Shown one piece after another: positions 25,244 through 38,018 of a DNA stretch of 64,000 nucleotides. Below the pieces are notes generated by a model, which saw only the letters and a program-made list of their open reading frames with translations, searched no databases and had not been told where the DNA came from. Position 1 is the first letter of the stretch. Each line of letters begins with the position of its first letter. The translations under genes and the position numbers were made by a program. The DNA is from Phoronis australis (lineage: Eukaryota > Animalia > Phoronida): contig NMRA01000350.1 of assembly GCA_002633005.1 (NCBI GenBank), forward strand, positions 131,642 through 195,641. Direction: 5' to 3'.

Positions 25244-28200
25244 ATGGTAAGAATCAATCTACTACGTTTACATGCTAATAGTTTAATCAATGTACCAATA
25301 ATTATTGTAATCTCTTATCTGTATTCCGTTAATAGTGCTTGGAAATTTCAGAGAACATTTTGATAACTGTACCAAGTCAAAGCACTTCGCTCTTCGTTAC
25401 CCATCGTAATGGCGGCCCTGTAGTCTACGGTCTCAGAAAGTGGTTCACATTTGTGGCATTTGCGTCGGAAAAACCCAGTTCCTTACCGGTTGTGATTAAA
25501 AAGGCGACCAACACAATTATATAGTAGTTTCATAAAAAATAAATTCTTCACAACACTATATAATAAAAGCTACGAACACTGAGTGATCGAATGGGGATGT
25601 TTAACAATAGTTATGGTTGAGAAATTTTGCCATTTTATATAGTGATCAAAAACTTCCAACTGCGGTAGAAGTCAATATTATGTGTTTGTGCAACAGGTGT
25701 TTTTATGCCACGTGACACGTAAGTCCGCAAGTCATAGATACCGGTCCTCTCAACCCCTTTCCATGGATCCGTACCTGACGACTTTATGTTTGGTTTTGTT
25801 GAATGGTTTTGATGTCGTTTTTGTTAATTTATTTATTTATTTAGCAACCAATCGTTGTTGTGATCACCATGACAGCAACGCTGTTTCTTCTGAAAGGAGC
25901 TCAGAGCTTTTTGGTTGACACGAGCGAGCAAAGTAAGTGTAACTACAAATCTATGACAGAATAATGTACACGTACGGTTAGCGGAGTACGACAACTTCCG
26001 ACCTATGTCTGACATCAAACCGAATTATGTCTGAAATAAAGTTGAATAATATCGTACATAATTCATTGTTGTCAACAATAATCCTATTTATATCTGATGT
26101 AAATGATATTAATATCCACTATTATTCTACTTACATCTGACATAAATTGTATCTGGTATTTATGGCTGACATAAGTCGGCCAATGAGAATCGTCAATGGG
26201 TTCTTCACACTTACTGCTCAAATATGGGGTGTCATATCCTTCCAGATGAATCAATGAATGTACCTACGATTGTCGTTGTCTAATTTATGTAAGGCAAAAT
26301 ACCATTTATGTAAGAAATAAACAGTATAACGATGTATATTAACCTTCTTTATGTTTAATACAAATAGAATATTAAGTGACACTAATGTATTATGTACGAT
26401 ATTACTCGAGAATTATGTCAGACATAAATTAATTTATGCCAGACATGGAATTATGTCTGACATAATTCTGATTTATGTCTGATATAATCGGAAATATGTC
26501 GGACATAAATCAGATTAACGTCAGACATAATTCTGGGCATTTTCTATAATTATACTTTGATGGTAACTCGAGATAAGTGTTTTTAGTCAATTCTCGAGTA
26601 CATGATGGCTTACGGGATAACTGTCGGAATCTAGTTTGCACTTGATGATCGCTGCATTAAGACTAAAAGTTCGAGTCTGAACTCGCAATTTGGAATTTTT
26701 GCTCTTTATAGTTTGTAGCTTGAATCTGCAGATGTCTTCAAATACAAACTTAGATCAGAAATGATGTATTCGTACATAGTAGACGCTTACATTGAGTTGG
26801 CACAAAAATGGAACGGAAAATGCGTAAAATAATTTCGAGTACAAAGATTAGACTCCGGTCCCTGATTTCTAAGTTGCGCTTTTTAAAGTTTGTAGAATTA
26901 GAATTTTGATGGTCACATGACATGGATCGTATTGTCAACCGGATGACATAACAACTAGCAGTCGATTCATAAATTTCCTCAACACCATTTGAGCAACAGC
27001 GCTGGAATATCAAGTGTCCACACAGTGCCATTATTTTTCCATTTTAGGATAATATGCTTCATATTCACATCTTTTGTTTGCCAGGATACATGTACTTACA
27101 TGTCTTGAAGTTAAAAACTTTAAAGCGGTTATTAAAAACTGTCTTGACAAGAAATAACTTTTGCGTTAGACAGTCATTCAGTTGAGCTCAAATTGTTCCT
27201 CAGTTAGTATTGGACGTGGTATTTCAACTTCGCCAAGAACCGACTGTTCCTTGTTACTTGAGAGACCAGTCTCTACTAGTTGGCTAGTCACAGCAGGTCA
27301 TTTTAATCCACAACGCGTGTCATCCAAGTATAGGCAAAAGAACTGCTGCATGTAATTCTTCGCAAAAACCATGAATCACTTTTCATCTGCGTAAAGACCA
27401 ATTGTATAGCAGTAGGGTCTGACTTAATGGAGAAATCCCGAGATCAGTTGACCACTAGGGCCGCTGACGCATTTAGTCGTTCAGAAGGCCATACTGGAAA
27501 ATCTATGTTTCAGACAAACGAGAGGCTGTGCTTTAAATATCGCTGATTTACTGTGTAAAACTCATCATATTTGACCATGCTTGACAAGAGTTACTTCCTA
27601 TCGCTTTCTGTACGAATTTCGTCCCGTGTATTTTAAACGGGCGGCAGACCAAATGCGATAACCGATTAAGAATTTTCACCTCGTCAAAAATACATTACAC
27701 AATTCACTTGAAAAAGCGCTTACTAGTTTTCTTCAATGGTCCTTTCTTCTTCTATACCCATCTTCGATGAAGCTGAGTTACGAGAATTCAGGTGACTTTG
27801 GTTAAGAATTCCAATTCCACTTTTTGCTCACGGTTAACTTTTTCACCTCGCGCGCGATAACCACAAAGTATTTCGACTGAGTCCCATGATTTAGGCAAAG
27901 GCTAGCGCGGAACTGCGCGAAGCGCGTGACGCTGGCGCGGGACACTTGCAAAACAGCATGGGACGAGTAAGATTTGTGTCCCACGTTACTACCTCAAAAT
28001 GGCACCCGAGGTAAGAGAAACTGGAGCAAACCGCGACAAATTTTCAACGATTTGCTCATTGACAAATTCTTGACTTAATCGTCTCCAGACTTATGACGTA
28101 TGTTACTTATAACTCCATATGAAAAGATACATGTTTCATTTGATTTTATTTCCTGTGTTTTGAAATTCGTGACTTTTTGTGGGGATGTACTATCATCCCT

Positions 28201-31200
28201 GTATGCCTGCTGCTTTCCATGGTAAAGTATTTGACGCCTGGGAGCAGCAACTTGCGGTTGTCGCTTACTAGGAAAAACGGTAGGTATGTCGCTTCTCGGA
28301 GCAAAGTGTTCAGAGCATGCTCTGGTCCCAGAATTCAAAATTTAATTTTACCTTAAATTTTTTAGTCGCTGAATCCACATCTTTTGCAGTTCTATTTTGG
28401 CAGGCATTCTATGTAATACCGCTTTTTTACCACTGTCCAAAACAACAACCGAAGTGTTGTGACACAACGGTACATACTGTAACAGTACAATGCTTTAACA
28501 ATAATATTAATTAATGATGAACAGGCTGTAACCAGATTTAAAAAAATAAACAGAACTAAAGCAGTACGTATCAACCAAATAGATTAAATCAAAGAACCGA
28601 TGCGCACGCCGAACACCTCGTTGACCTGTATAATGAAAAACTCCGACGAAAAAGAAGACATAGGGCGTGTGTTCAGTAACGCTAGGCCCTACGCTAGAGT
28701 CTAGCTAAAATCTATCCAAAGTCACGTGTTCTCCTTTAAAATACACGGCGTTATATCTCGTATTCTTGCGAAGTGTTGCTTCCTTGCGTTACTGAACGAG
28801 AGGCAGATTCGACAGCGCTGTTCAGCTGAAGACGTGCCGCACGTGTTTCGTCAGCGCAGTTCCAGAAAGGTACGTCTCGAATTTCGCGTAACTGTTTATT
28901 ATATTTTAAATGTGACATTATTATCTATTTCCAGAAGTATGTTTGATATTATAAGGCCCGAAATTTCCATAAAACTTTATTATTCGCCTGCGAATGGCAA
29001 ACACTTTCGTAAATAACCCACTTCAAGACAAAATTTTACTAAGAAATAATAACAACAATATAGAAGTCCGACGACAATGTACTGATGCATATACTTTATT
29101 TAACACAACAAGGGCACTCACAGCTTAACACAGAAGGTCCCCATCGTCAATTTTTTAATAACAAGACGGACGTGAAGCCCTCACCCCATTGAATGTTTGG
29201 GTCATTTTATGACCGGAACTACCCAATGCGCCAGCGACATTTACAGGGATACGACATTATTACTCATCTCGGGAGACGGCCCTTTCTCTAATCGTTGGCG
29301 GATTGAGCGATTTAAGTGTATTTTTCTGGTTCAGGAGGTCGAAAAATGGTGTGCTACTTCACTAACTGGGCTCAGTATCGCTCTGGAATAGGTGCCTACA
29401 AAGCAAAGGAGATCGACCCCTTTCTATGCACACATATCGTGGTAGCGTTCGCCGCCATTGATTCACATGGCGAGCTCAAACCCATCGAATGGAACGATGA
29501 AGGTAAGCTTTCAATACGGACAATACGGTGTCGATTGATGTTTCTATTTTTCAGGGTATTCTTTCACTTTCAACCACATGCAAATAGCAGACTGGTTTTC
29601 ATGACCGTGATATTTTTGTTGATCAAATATACCGGGTTTATATTGACTAGCCGAGCGATTGCAGGTGTCAATAATTTCACGTGTAACTGACTATAATTTA
29701 CTTTTTGCTGATAATGACTACAGATATGAATATATGACCCCCAATTGTTTCATCTTGGACCTATTTATGAAACATCAAATCTCCCACCCCCGCCCCCCAA
29801 TGCCCACGACTCCTCCGATTAAGCTGGCCAGGGACTGCCGAAATGTGTCCTTCGATCGCACAAACTCGCCCCCGTTTCCCTAATCATCATCTTCACCCAT
29901 AACCTCAACATTTCCCGGTGAGATCGTTGCTTTCCCTTGTTCCTCCTTCTCGTTGGGAATACCTTGGTCTACTCCAGTTCCTCAATAGCTATCATCAGGT
30001 TAAAGTTTGAACAACTTAGGTATATAATCTAATTTTACAATTTGATTTTGGACAGAGGGAGTTAACATTTAGTCACCTGGAGTTTTTTTTTCAAAATTGA
30101 ACAAACCCGTAGCTATAGATCTTTTATAGAAACATTTCTTGGCAACAGGTGGCGAAGAAGTTTTATTTCTCACAATTCTCTAACTGGCCATCGGCATCAA
30201 ATTCCAAACCGAAAAATTCAAAAAATCATAATAAAAGTAAATTTGCGATAGAGAGACTGTTCCCATTAAATAATTCACAAACTATATTTTCAAAGAGATT
30301 TTTGTGTCCAAAGCTGTGTTAACTTGCGTTCACCATATCGTTTTAATTATTAGAAATTGGCAGTCAGTGTATGGTCCACGATATGAAACGTTATTTAACC
30401 CACGCAATGTTGGAGACTCATATCGTTGTATTCATTATTTAACACAACTCTTAATGAAGACAACAGTAAAACAATGACGTCTGATTAGCAATGTGCGGGT
30501 AGAGTGATTTCCCCTGCTAGCCTCGTTTTTCATGAATGTCAGTTAAATCTCGTACGTCAAGGCACGTGGCTTTCCACTTAAATTGGTCTTCGAATCCTCT
30601 CCATCAGTGCTATCTGCTCACGTTTTCCTTTTCAGAGACTTTCAAGACTATCAATGGTTTGAAGAAAACCAACCCTGACTTAAAAACTCTTATTGCCGTT
30701 GGGGGTTGGAAAGCTGGAAGTGAACCATTCACAAGAATAGTGAAAACGTTCGCGGGTAGACGGCGCTTTATAAACAGTGCCTTGAGGTAGGGATTATGAT
30801 TGTAACTTTTTATATGGCTTGAAGAAAATATTAGATCGTGATCCGAGGTAGAATAATGATTCTCCAGAAGCTTCATCAATGGAAACGTCGAAACAATAAC
30901 TGAAAAATGAGGAGACTTAAATCAAAATTTATAAATTGGGTTTCAGTTTTGTACGAGTAACAAAGATAGGGCGGACCACGACGCCAGGAGGCCCCTTCAA
31001 TTGTGCATGTGTCTATTCAGGGGCACATCCAGGATTTTGAGTTAGCGGGGAGCATGGCACAGGAATAACCAGAATTTTGGCAGATGCGGGCACCCAGCCT
31101 CACTTGTGAGGATACAGGAGCCTCGAATTTTTGGGTCTGCGGACCTGTTGACTAAAAAAACGCGTAGCTGGTTTTCTTCAGCCCCGTGGTTGCGCGCATG

Positions 31201-34200
31201 TGCTAGTCAGCAATTCGGACCCGAACTCCCAAATAGTATCTAGTACAATTTTAGGGGGGGATGGCTCCCTTGTCCCCCCTAAATCCGCCACTGACTATTA
31301 ATCCGTTAACCTCAAACATACGGGTACGAGCACTGACTACTTCCATAAAGCACCAACTGTTACTCAAGACAGGTTTGCAATCTAGTTGATGATATTCCTG
31401 TAGGTTTCTCAGAAGATACGACTTTGACGGGTTAGATTACGATTGGGAATATCCGGCCAGCAGAGGCAGCCCACCTTCGGACAAATCACGATTTTCAGCG
31501 CTCGTCAGGGTTAGTATAATTATGAATTATTTATTTATCGCTTGTGCATGATTCTTCTTTCGCGTGTAATATACGCTTAATGCGCAAACGATGGAGTTCT
31601 GACACGTTTTCAAGCGCATGCGCGGTGTTTAAGGTTGATTTTGTTCCTCAACGGCCACTCCTCATAGTTTTCATCGAGATCGCACATTTTACATTTTGGA
31701 GAGTTACTGACTGTCTGTTCATGATCACTCAAACTTATTTGCCTCCTAAATAAGGTCAGCACGTTGGGAACTAAAGAACAGATATTCGTAAACAGCACGA
31801 GTTTCCGCATGAGCCGAATCTCGACATAGCGTTGCTAATGGATTCAGTTTTGTAATTTACCGTTTACTCGCCGTTACAGGAAACGTATGGAGCTTTTAAA
31901 GATGCTAGTCAACCAAACAGGCCACTTTTACTGGCGGTCGCAGTAGGTGTAGGACGAAAGGTGGCACAGGCGGGCTACAACATCCCATTCATTTCTAGGT
32001 AAGCATTCGCAACCACTTCGGTTCCCCTGTTAGTATACGACTTACTCTAAAATTCTAAGTTTAGGAAAGAAAAATTAAATGTCAAAAATTTATGCTTGAA
32101 AGAACGACAAAATTCCTTAGTCGCTAACGTAAATCCGTATTATATGACATATTGGGTTTAAAGAGGCCTGGAACGCGATAAACATACTAAATTGCAATAT
32201 TGAAAGTGGTTCTCAGCCACTGCAAGGGAATTCAATCCGCGCACCAGGTTTTTTTCGGGTTCGTTTGAAAATATTTATAATTTCTGTTGATATCAAAGCA
32301 GTTTCCTTGAATTTTTCTAACACAAGGCAAAGCACGTCTCCTTTCCTTATTTGGAATGGCAAGGCATAGACGTAGCACATTTCGCTAAAAAGGAAAATAT
32401 GACCTTTAACCTCAAACGACTTCAAGCAAATGACTGTGAGCGCATGCGTGAACTTGGGTAGGAGATTGGAAACTTTTTGGTAACCACAGTGTTTTTCCTT
32501 CACGCGTATTTCAGAAATCGTGAATTTCGTATTTTTTTGGAAATCTCCTCACATGGTAAATATTACTATGTACTAAACGTTGCGAGATGGTACTTTCGCT
32601 AGGAATTGTTTATAAAAGATATTTTGATGAGCTTTCGCATTCCATGCCTCTTTATCCACCGATATCGATTACTGTAGTGGCACTGCGGTACCACGGGTGG
32701 AAATAGAACAGGCATGCATGCCGTGAGGGCAGGACTTGCTGCGAAAACTTTTTGCAGTGAATTCTATCCCACAATGCAACATTCCAACGTCACGTACGTC
32801 GGTCTTAACATTCCAATGTCTACTATTTTGCTGGGGTATGCTGGCATCTGAAGGTCCCACGCACTACTCGCAGCAACGAGTCGCGTGATTTTGCGTGATT
32901 TTTGGGTCATATTTTTTCTATACAATTCCACAAACACGCAGTAGATTTTGGGTACCTAGTTGAGTCCCTATTTGAGACTGTTTCACTTAACAAGGCACTG
33001 GAGCACAAGTCGTTGACTTTTTTCTCACGTCAAAAACCCAGAAAGATGAATCCTTATGTTGTACGCGCTTTTGCCACTGATTTTTCAGATATGTAGATTG
33101 GATAAGCTTGATGACGTACGATTTGACGGCTGGTTTTAGTCACACAAGACATCATGCCCCCCTAAACGGAAGTGACACTCTCAACTTGGTAAGCATCTAT
33201 GTGACGTCATTGGTATGCAAAAAACTCAGTATATTAGTCTGTGTGGCTAAGTTGCTTTAGGAAGATTGCCCGTCGGTGAAGCGAGTTCGCACCAGACGTG
33301 CGCATGCCACAAGAATGAACGAGGCCACTGCTCTCAGTCTGGTATTGAGCCCCTACTGGTGAAAACTCGTCAGTGATCCGTGGCGGCCGACATATTCATG
33401 TGCCATGAGCATCTTCTTGAAAGCTGCTTCTTGTCTTCCCGGAACTAATAGGCCTATCAAGGCAACAACAAACTTATTTTTCTTTGCGTAAACTCTACTT
33501 ACAAACTACAAAATGTATAACAGGAACCCATGGGTATAAATGACCGCTCTTGATTGCTCTCGTTTTGCAGGGAACTAGTCCAAGGTAATTCCGTCATGTG
33601 CTTTTGTCAAAGACAAGTGCAATAAGGTAGAGAGAATGAAAGATCGGAATTTAGCCACTACACATCTTTTGTTTTCACATTGAGTTATCGTTCGTAGCAA
33701 ACTTTATCTCGTTGCATTTTGCAGCAATGGGTGATTGACTACTGGACAAGTCAGGGGTGTCCTTCTCAGAAACTTGTACTTGGTATTGCTGCTTACGGCA
33801 GGTCATTTACGCTTGCTGATCGAAACAACCACCGCATTGGAGACGCGAGTATAGGCGCAGGAGAGCCCGGGAAGTATTCTAGACAACCTGGATTCCTAGC
33901 TTATTACGAAGTAAGCATGCCATGAAATAAGAGCCGTTATGCTGAATAACGAAGTCGAGCTAAGGCTTTTGACGTCAAGAGGTATATGGAGCTTAGTGGC
34001 TATTACTTTGAGCTGCATCTTCCCTTGACCACAATTTCTCCCCCTTCCCTCTTATCTGTGCGGACCCTACGCTAAAGCTTAGTTTAATGGATAATCTGCT
34101 AAGTTACACTGTTGAATGTAGTTTGTAGCGTTTTTTGTCTTGGACAAAAATATTATTGGTTCTCAGCGGTCTTAGATAAAAGGGAGTCAACACAAGATTG

Positions 34201-36653
34201 AACTGAAGGTATCTTATTTTATGTGGGCAGTGTGTCGAGAACTATGAGAAAAGGAACAAGCAGCATCAGCTCTAGGAAATCACTTAAAACATTTTATTTT
34301 TATTTTATTTATTGTGATATTTAAAATGAGGGTGACCTCTTCAGTGACAACACTGCTTTCCAAGAGGGCCCTCAACAACAAAAACAGTAACATAATACAA
34401 TGAAGTAATAAAACAACAATTAAATATACATGACAAAGTTACAATTAGAACAGTTGAGAATTAAGACAATAAATGAATGACAAAAAATGGTGAAAATTTA
34501 ACTAAGAGAGATGAAATAAATAAAGAGATGACTCTAAACAGTGTGAGTATTTAAGACTTTATCTAGAAACTCCTCTCGTGCATGAAAACAAGCTACGCCC
34601 TTTCCTGTGATTCTATCTGAATTAAAAAAGTTGAATTAATAGAAATTCATTTTAATTTAGGCTTACTTTCTAGGTCTGCTCCAATAACTGGAATAACGCT
34701 TGGGACAATGACGAAAAGGTTCCGTACAAGTATTTGGGAAACCAATGGGTTGGTTATGACGACCCAGCAAGTGCAGCAATGAAGGTAAGTACCCGACCTT
34801 ACCGCGCTCAGCTTCATCAACCGAGGAACAATACCTTTCTTGGCTTTTCAAATAATGTTACCAATATAGCTGTCGGTAACTAGTATTCCACTGTGGTAAT
34901 CACAATTACGCAAAGAAATTACGGGTAAAGTTTTCTGAAGGCGCAACTCAATCGCATAAGGTTGCAAAAGATACGACGAGTTTTGTCCTCACTGTTTTAA
35001 TTTTGAATGTTTATTATGCTTAATTTATTCCTCTTTCTATTTTTACTCTGCAGTTTTTGTTTAGCATTGCACACAAAATGATAACGAGTACATCCAAAAT
35101 CCCAGACTAATCGCGAAAATACTAGTGCCGTCTCTTTCTATTTTTACTCTACAGTTTTTGTTTAGCATTGCACACAAAATGATAACGAGTACATCCAAAA
35201 TCCCAGACTAATCGCGAAAATACTAATATGCCGTCTGCGTTTTCTTTACCAAGTTTCCGTGAACCAACCCAGGGCGCACTTACAAATTTAAAGAAAATAA
35301 TCGCATAATTGCTTAATGCGTTTGACATTGTCAAGAAAACGATCACCAAACTACGATGAGACGAGTTTTTGGAGAAGTTTAAAGTAGAATTTGTTCACTT
35401 CACTCACAATCCACCAAACAGCCAAAGCATTGATATGCGGTGCAGAAAAAAAGAATTAAGGTCAATACTTTGAGTGCCACTTACAATGCGCACATTCAAA
35501 AGAGTAGGCGGGTAGGCCGCCAGTAGAATATTGTTTGTTTCCCCTAGCTTGACCGTCACTCCTTTGCTATGAGTTGGTCGTTCATTGTAAGATCGCACTC
35601 ACTTTTGTTGTAAAATAATTTATTTCTCGTTTTCACTCATGAAAAAATGCGGGGAATGTATTCCATACCGAATATCCTTAGCGCCATGCACTTACCACTT
35701 CTAGGTAAAACTGGCGCTAGATCATGGATTATCTGGAGCAATGCTTTGGTCATTGGACATGGATGACTTCTCTGGTAATGTGTGCAATCGCGGGAGATAT
35801 CCTTTGCTCAACTCTATACGGCACGTGCTTGACGTCTACAGCGTGAGCGTTACCGAAACGGTCCCTGATCCCACAGATCCGAGAATACATCCAACGACAG
35901 CGACAACAATTTCGACCCTGGGAACCGATGCGACAACAAAAACTGCTGCAGTACCGAGAACGACTATGACGCCGACGACTACTGCGACACCGACAACTAC
36001 CACCAGACCGTCAACTACTACGAGGCCGACAGCAAGGCCAACTTCGTGGCAAACAACAACAGCAAGGCAGACTCCCAGAAGACCACCAAGTACTGCGACA
36101 CCCATAGAGCGTGGAAGATGTGGTAAATAAAATATTACATATTTGTCAAGGCAGCAGTCACGTACAGTCGACGCACCATCAAAAGTTTTATTAGCAATGC
36201 ACAATGTCATTTTCCAAGTTCCAAGTCCACACGCGTGGAAGTGGAAGCTGACGGTAAGTACACGTATTTTTACAACGTGTACTGAATCGTTGGCCATTGA
36301 AATGTCGAAGGTGCTTTTCCCAAAGAACGCTACACACTCTTCTTTACTCAGGAATAATCGCATTTCTAAATAGCACCGTCAAGGCCTATTTGTACTACAA
36401 GTCCTTTTTGAGTCTCTCGTCATGTGTCGGATTTTTAGTTTGAAAATCTTCATGGCTTTCGTTTTTTTTTACAGAATTCACGTGTCCGCGAAGCTACGGA
36501 TTCTTTCCTGATCCGTGCAACTGCCGTAAATTCTTCGGATGTTTTCGTTCTGTTGCCATCGCCTTCACCTGCCCAACATCCACACTATGGGATGCAACGA
36601 AGACATCATGTAGCCAAAACACTATTGTAAACTGCAGGCACGTACTTGAATAA
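25244..36653 (+). CDS. Secreted GH18 chitinase (chitotriosidase/AMCase-like) with Thr/Pro-rich linker and C-terminal CBM14, 542 aa
   Basis: Eleven GT-AG exons with consistent phases: 25244-25246, 25845-25932, 29335-29502, 30636-30786, 31404-31509, 31880-31998, 33089-33188, 33725-33910, 34674-34784, 35705-36122 and 36475-36653 (1629 nt). Signal peptide [25 protein letters not shown]18 motifs [68 protein letters not shown] and [12 protein letters not shown]. The first two exons are less certain than the rest. Confidence 0.92.
26003..26531. repeat. Array of the 15-bp palindrome TTATGTCWGACATAA in two clusters (chitinase intron 2)
   Basis: About 11 perfect or degenerate copies, e.g. at 26003, 26025, 26087, 26131, 26160, 26413, 26434, 26451, 26473, 26494 and 26516. 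Confidence 0.85.
28075..28476 (-). pseudogene. Degenerate THAP zinc-finger (transposon-derived) in chitinase intron 2
   Basis: YVPLCHNTS...KAVLHRMP...[27 protein letters not shown]...IPTVFP matches the THAP pattern (CxxxC..P..W..CSxHF..PTxF). It has two in-frame stops and the first Cys is mutated. Confidence 0.75.
31018..31293 (-). mobile_element. Family A short element in a chitinase intron
   Basis: CAGGGGCACATCCAGGATTTTGAGTT...CCCCCTAAATCCGCCACTG; ends are the reverse complement of 4998-5150. Confidence 0.7.
32230..32650. repeat. Diverged interspersed repeat, second copy at ~37540-37910
   Basis: Collinear shared blocks CCTTATTTGG.ATGGCAAG, TGA.CTTT.ACCT, GT.TTTCA.AAA..GTGAAT.T and TTTTG..GAG.TTTC.C.TTCCAT. 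Confidence 0.5.
34291..34560 (-). mobile_element. Possible 3' end of a CR1/L2-type LINE
   Basis: On the minus strand, the hairpin-like GAGGGCCCTCTTGGAAAGCAGTG..CACTGAAGAGGTCACCCTC is followed by an (AATAA/TAAA)-like tail. No reverse transcriptase ORF is visible. Confidence 0.35.
35031..35236. repeat. Near-perfect 101-bp tandem duplication in a chitinase intron
   Basis: 35031-35131 is repeated at 35132-35236 with only about 2-3 differences. Confidence 0.9.
36475..36653 (+). CDS. Last chitinase exon: CBM14 (peritrophin-A/ChtBD2) chitin-binding domain
   Basis: [59 protein letters not shown]. This exon is not in the ORF track. Confidence 0.9.
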
Positions 36654-38012
36654 TTCTTATCTTACGTGACGGGTTGCAACTTGCACTACTTAGCAGACGT
36701 TTTAAACATCTTTCGAGTTTTTAAATGAGTCTTTTCAACGTTTAAAATATTGCCATGTCCAAGCAACCACGAATTGGTGCCGAATAAGTTTAAGCGTTCC
36801 ACATGAGCCAAGGCGACACAGTACCTGACCAGGGATTTCCGACGTTCACCTCCGCGCCATCATTGCAATCCACATCTTGCCACGTGACCAAAATGTCGTC
36901 ACCCAATCAACAAAATAACTAGGATCATAGGTCTTAAACAAGTGCTCACGGAAATGGTCATTGTTGTGTTACGTGGCGTACTTTGAATGAATGTCCTTGT
37001 GCGCTATTTTCAAATTTCACGGTTAGTTAAACTCCAAACTGTAGTGACGATATACTAGCTGGTCCGTCTTGTTTTCTTCAGTTATACTGTGGTAGCAATT
37101 GAGCTCACAAGTGTTATGTTTTTGCTTATTAAACCACTCCAATCTTTAGTATTTTATATTTACTTTAAAGCTGGGACATTTTTGACCGCCTATGTAGCAC
37201 TCAATATCATTTTAAATTAGACACGCTCTAGTTGTAGTTTATTGACGGACGGTGAGCCAGTGTTTTTTCATTGTTTCGCCAGGCACGGCTTTTTTGCTTT
37301 AAATTCATGTTTTAAAAAACTGCTATTATTTCAAATCTGTATTTACCCGTACTAATGGACAGAGCATCTGTTAAAGAATTGATATTCAAATCCCATGTTT
37401 AAGTAGCATAGAATGCGAAAAACAGACTAAATTGCATAATTCGAAATAGATCTCTCTCACTGGAACAAAAGTCAAACAGTTCACGAGGTATTTTGTGATT
37501 TGACCGCAGAGATTTTTATTTTCTATTGTTGCATTTTCCTTTAGTTTTGAATTTCAATAGCAACCTGTAAACTGTTCGTCACTTCGTCGATTTTTCTCCT
37601 TCACGAACACACGCGTCTCCTTATTTGGTATGGCAAGACATTTCCCTTGTATGGAAATGTGATCTTTGACCTTTGATGTAAATAAAAATGGTGCCCACAT
37701 AAATATTTTTAAGTATGGAGGATTTGAAATCTGTATAGGCATGAGTTTTTATTTCGTCTGTGTTTCAAAAAAGTGAATGTGACGATTTTTCTAGAAATTC
37801 GTGCAATGTTCAAAGTGAATAACTTTCACTTTAGCATCACCAAGAAGTAGAATTGCCTCGATCTGTTTACAGATGTGTTTTGCGAGTTTTCACGTTCCAT
37901 ACATCTTGAACGCTTAATGTCATGTAAAGCATACACGCTGTGCACTGAGCTTTGTGCAGGTTATTGTCACCATATTTTCATGTTTGTTTTCTTTAACTGC
38001 AATTTCTTTTCA

Positions 38013-38018
38013 AATAAA
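38013..38018 (+). promoter_or_regulatory. Candidate chitinase polyadenylation signal
   Basis: AATAAA followed by a GT-rich tract (GTTACTGTTGTTTC) about 25 nt downstream. Candidate only. Confidence 0.35.

Noticed and set aside
35836-36363. 175-aa Val-rich, transmembrane-looking minus ORF
   Set aside because: Antisense of the Thr-rich chitinase linker (ACN codons read as GTN-rich).
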